A stretch of 64,000 nt of DNA from Azolla caroliniana. Lineage: Eukaryota; Plantae; Polypodiophyta. The notes beneath the pieces were generated by a model. That model was not told the origin of the DNA and searched no databases. It was given only the letters and a program-made list of their open reading frames with translations. A program made the translations under genes and the position numbers. The stretch covers positions 21,886,001 through 21,950,000 of the forward strand of contig JBHGNT010000005.1 of assembly GCA_043228905.1 (NCBI GenBank), read 5' to 3'. This document shows, one piece after another, positions 59,748 to 64,000 of the stretch. Position 1 is the first letter of the stretch; every line of letters starts with the position of its first letter.

Positions 59748-62700
59748 GAGCACTGACCCAGAAGCTCGTTTTATGTGGGTGAAAGTCTCCACAAGCAAGG
59801 ACAAGGCAGTAATTTTCGCCATTTGTTACTTCCCCCCAAAAGGCTCTCGTTATAATCTGGCTGGCGAGGCGAGATCAGTTGATGACGGAGTGCCACATGG
59901 GCCTTCCCCATATGAACCTCTATCGGATGACATAATCCGATATTCTTCCCAAGGCGAAGTATTCCTTGTAGGAGACTTTAATGCGAGAACCCAATCCCGA
60001 CAATGCACAATATTTCAAATGAATAGAAACCTAGAAATGGTAAATGTCGATCCTTCAGACATAGACACCACACGTAAATCAAAGGATCAAGGTGCAGACG
60101 CCACGAGCTTTGGCCATCATTTGCTCGAACTCGGTAGTCGGCACCAGATGGTCATATATAATGGTTTAGCCAAGTGGCCAGGTTCGGAAGAGCTCACATG
60201 TTTCCCACATGGAGGAGGGGAAAGCACAGTCGATTATCTAATAGGACGCCCTGAAGCCACCCACATGATTAACTCCTTCCGAGTGACCCCATGTCCTATT
60301 GGCGCGGACCATAGTTTCTTATACTTCGAGATAAAATGCGATATCTCTAACGTCACCAACTCTAGTCAACCACGCCATGACATCACCATACATTTCACAC
60401 ATGAGCTCTCTGACATATATGCTCGACATGTTCAAGCCCATCTCTCCTCCCTTGATCCCTCCCTACCTTTAGAGAGCCTTAATACGAAACTCACACACAT
60501 CCTTCATTCTGCAGCGGTTAGCAGCTTCCCATACACGAAACACTCCAATCAAGGTAAAGTAGGATCTATGCCACAAAATAGATGGTATGATGAGGATTGT
60601 AGGTGCTTACATCGACAACTTACAATATCGCAACTCAGTGGTAGTATTACCTCAGTACAAGCTCGTAAAGAAATGCGCAAGATGACACGTCGTAAGAGAC
60701 GAGCATGGGAGGCATCCCAATATTGGGAACTCTACCACATGCTCATGAGTAACGATTGTGCCACTGCATGGAAGAGATTACGGGAACCAAGACCACAAAC
60801 ACCCATCGAAGATCCCGAAACTTGGCACACTTATACAGAGAGACTTTACCACATCCCAAACCAACCACCCATTCCAATGCCTTCCACACCCCGACCTACT
60901 GTGGGGACACTCTTCACGACCTCTAGGGTCACGAAGGTCATAAAGAAATTACAACATAGGAAGTCCATGGACCACACAGGGTTGCGAGCAGAACACATCA
61001 TATACGCGAGAGAGTGCCTAGCTCCCTTACTAACTCTAATCTTCAATCGTGCCCTTGCAGAGGGTTTTCCATCACAATGGACCATGAACACAGTGGCCCC
61101 CATACATAAGGGGGGGGACCCCATGGACCCAAATACTTATAGGACCATTATGATAGGTCATACCCTTGCTAAATTATATGGTGCAGTAATGGAGGCAGAG
61201 CTTAGCGAGTATATGGAGACCTTAAATCTTCGTGCACCTGAACAGGCCGGCTTTAGACGAGCCTTCTCCACTATTGACCATATCTTCACACTTAGATGCT
61301 TAATTGACCAGACTAAGGCTCGCAAGAAGAAACTATATTGTTGTTTTGTGGACTTCCGCAAAGCCTTTGACACGGTCCCTAGAGAGCGGTTGTTTGATAG
61401 GCTTAAGAGCTTGAGGATACCAGATGACATGGTTTGGGCCATCTACGCACTATATGAACAAGTGTCCGGGTGTGTTCGATGCCCAGGCGGCATATCCGAT
61501 AGTTTCACTAGCACTATTGGTGTAAAACAAGGTTGCCCCTTATCTCCGACTCTTTTTGGGATCTACATTGATGAGATCACAGATTTTATTGCTCGTAAGG
61601 GAGGCAATGGAGTAGTCCTTGGAGATACGCAAGTGCGTATCTTGCTCTATGCAGATGACATAGTTTTGCTCTCTGAATCCGAACACGACCTACAAAGGCA
61701 CCTTAATGCCTTAGATGACTTTTGCACACAACGAGGATTGGTAGTGAATCTAGGGAAAACTAAAGTCCTTATCTTCCACACGTCGGCCCAAGTTAGGGCT
61801 AAGTGTCACCTAACTATCTCCCATAGCCCAATTGAGGTGGTTGGATCATATGTCTATCTCGGAGTCACTTTCAGTGCCCGCTCAGGTAAATTTTCGATGA
61901 CACAAGCAGCGAAGGATAGACTTACAAGAGGACATGCATCCCTCTCACTCCTCGAGAGACAATGCCACCAAGCATACTTCCAAGAGCCACGAACTAAAGG
62001 GTGGCTCTTTGACTCATTAGTGACTCCCTCTCTCATGTATGCATCAGCGGTTTGGGCCCCAGGACTACCATCTTTCATGTGGACGCAATTAGAGAGACCA
62101 TTGGTGATGATGTTATCACGCCAACTCCGAAGCAAATCGTCGGTCCCACATGACATTATTAGGGCTGAGTTCACTCTACCCCCTATGTTAGTAGAAGCAC
62201 TTTTTCAACTGGTAGTCTTTATACACAGGATACATAACCAACCACTTGATAGAATATCCCACCAAGCCTTTAAGGCTTCTCGAGCATTGTATGAGTCCGG
62301 CTATACTAGCTCATGGTATGGCATGATGGTGAGTTGGCTTCTTGCCAACGGTCTAGACATTACTAACCTCCCCCCCCTTAAGTACGACCACACGAATGAT
62401 AACACTTTACTCTCTCATGAGGACCGTAATAAAGTAATACGCCAAGAAATATGGCAAATTTATACCCGGTATAAATGGATCACCCCACTAGAGCCACTCC
62501 CATCTAAAATGCCGTACTATAAAGAACACTTTATGCACTTCTCTGAGTTAGGTTTTATCACGCGCCCAAAATATCTAGATGTATTCTTACCACATGCACT
62601 AAGGGTTGCCATTGGTCAACTTAGAATATCATCTCACCAACTTGAGATTGAGAATGGACGTACTAATGGAGTCCCTAGGGAGGAAAGGATATGTAGGTTA

Positions 62701-63216
62701 TGCCACATAGAGATAGAGGATGAGTACCATTTTACATGCAAATGCCCCACCTATGCCGAGATAAGGGCAAAATACCAAGACATACTTGGTTCCTCTCCCA
62801 CCCTCCCTAAACTATTAGATACACTAGATATAAAGAAATTAGGTAGATACATCTTAGAATTGAAACACCACAGAGAGAACAAATTACAAAACGTTGATAA
62901 TAATGTTGCTAATGTTTACCAACATATAACAAATGAAGTTTTTCAGGAACAGGGGGAGACGATGAATGTCGACACACCTGTACCACTCGGACTTCTCCTT
63001 GATGAAGCAGAAAATCAAAGAAGAACCAAACGCCCTCGGATGCCGGGTTTCAAAGCAACTCGACGAGATGTAGAAGCAATAAAGAAAATAAGGGAACGTG
63101 AACTACACCGCCTAGAAGCCATGGCTAGGGCACTCTATGCATCGGGACCATGGGTCACACCCACACCAAAAACTTTTGACCTCCCACTTCTTTTTGAGAG
63201 ACTTGGGTGGAAATGA
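59683..63216 (+). CDS. LINE ORF2 (5'-truncated AP endonuclease, RT, C-terminal CCHC), open for 1177 codons from an upstream non-LINE ATG
   Basis: GDFNART, VDYLIG, ADH; QAGFR, FVDFRKAFD, GVKQGCPLSPTLF, LYADD; LRISSHQLEIENGR...CRLC...EDEYHFTCKC. Confidence 0.93.
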
Positions 63217-63388
63217 GATTAGGCTTAGTGCAAAGTTTTGTACACTACTAGAACTTTCTTAGCTTAAGCTATTTTCTTTTATTTTTAGTTTTGATGATTG
63301 GATAAACACTCATCTTTTGTTGTAACCTATTTGTCTCATGGGCCAAATTTGGCCTTAGAAGACGTTAATATATCTTTCTTTCTTTCTT

Positions 63389-63395
<7 letters not shown>
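59746..63395 (+). mobile_element. Young 5'-truncated RTE/RTEX-like LINE embedded in (CT)n
   Basis: Uninterrupted ORF2; 3' UTR ends in (CTTT)n; (CT)n on both sides (59689-59745 and 63394-63426). The clade call is inferred from motifs. Confidence 0.9.
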
Positions 63396-63426
<31 letters not shown>

Positions 63427-63430
<4 letters not shown>

Positions 63431-64000
63431 GTGAAAACACACAATTATATTAATAAATGTGTGTGAAAAACACTACTTACAATACGTGTGACAATGGAGT
63501 ATGGGCACACACTACATGGGTAGTGGAACATGTTGAATTGCCAATAGGCAAGATGAACACTCCACCGAGGAAAGAATTTCCACTTGTTCCAATAAAGAAA
63601 ATTGCCACATTAGCACTCCCTTCAACTTTCGTAGATATGCTTTCACTCCATGTCTACCATCGAATACAAAAGCGTTGCGCATGTTCCAATTATGACGCAA
63701 TCCCCAATATCTCAGAAATAGGAAAACAATCTCCATCTCTGATTTTGGGTCAACCTATGTAAATTGTGCAAACACCCATTGTCTAGGTGGCAAATAACTC
63801 CGTGATAAAACTTGCCAAATTTGAGAAATGTAACTCCAAATTTGACAAGCAATTGGACATTGTATAAATCGATGAGTATTATCTTCTATCTTAACTGTGC
63901 AAAAGAAGCAGGTACCCGTTGCTAGTCCATGACGCTTTAAAGCTAATCCCAAAGGCAATCCTCCGATCAAAACTCTCCAAATGAATACCTTTGCAACAAG
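63427..64000 (-). mobile_element. L1-type LINE 3' end (zf-RVT region), continues beyond the window
   Basis: GLPLGLALKRHGLATGTCFFCTVKIEDNTHRFIQCPIACQIW fits the CxxC...E...H.F..C...W zinc finger of L1 ORF2. Confidence 0.8.

Overview
Land-plant nuclear DNA: plant-type histone H4, a PPR relic and iMet-primed Copia elements. The repeat landscape looks fern/lycophyte-like, which is inference. About 0-15 kb holds a histone H4 gene with canonical plant histone promoter motifs, a PPR pseudogene, a possible minus-strand gene broken by an 8-copy 61/64-bp array, and a 5-exon divergent remorin-like gene. About 16-64 kb is two nested retrotransposon piles. Pile 1: a decayed RTE-like LINE is split by a 27-kb Ty3/Gypsy element (17316-44372, minus, TSD GATGC), which carries an intact Copia (20570-25983) and a GC-rich tRNA-Trp-primed Gypsy with a 4-bp TSD (30125-37571). 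Pile 2: an old Copia (from 45594) carries a solo LTR flanked by a ~297-bp duplication, a non-coding LTR element with a Tf1-like self-priming signature, a young intact Copia of a related family (51416-56851), a second solo LTR and a (CT)n-embedded RTE-like LINE. The strongest novelty candidates are: (1) the big Gypsy's reconstructed ~1340-aa accessory ORF, (2) a second protease-like module with tandem 96-aa repeats fused after its integrase, and (3) the self-priming non-autonomous element. All counts and alignments were done by eye; no database searches were run.
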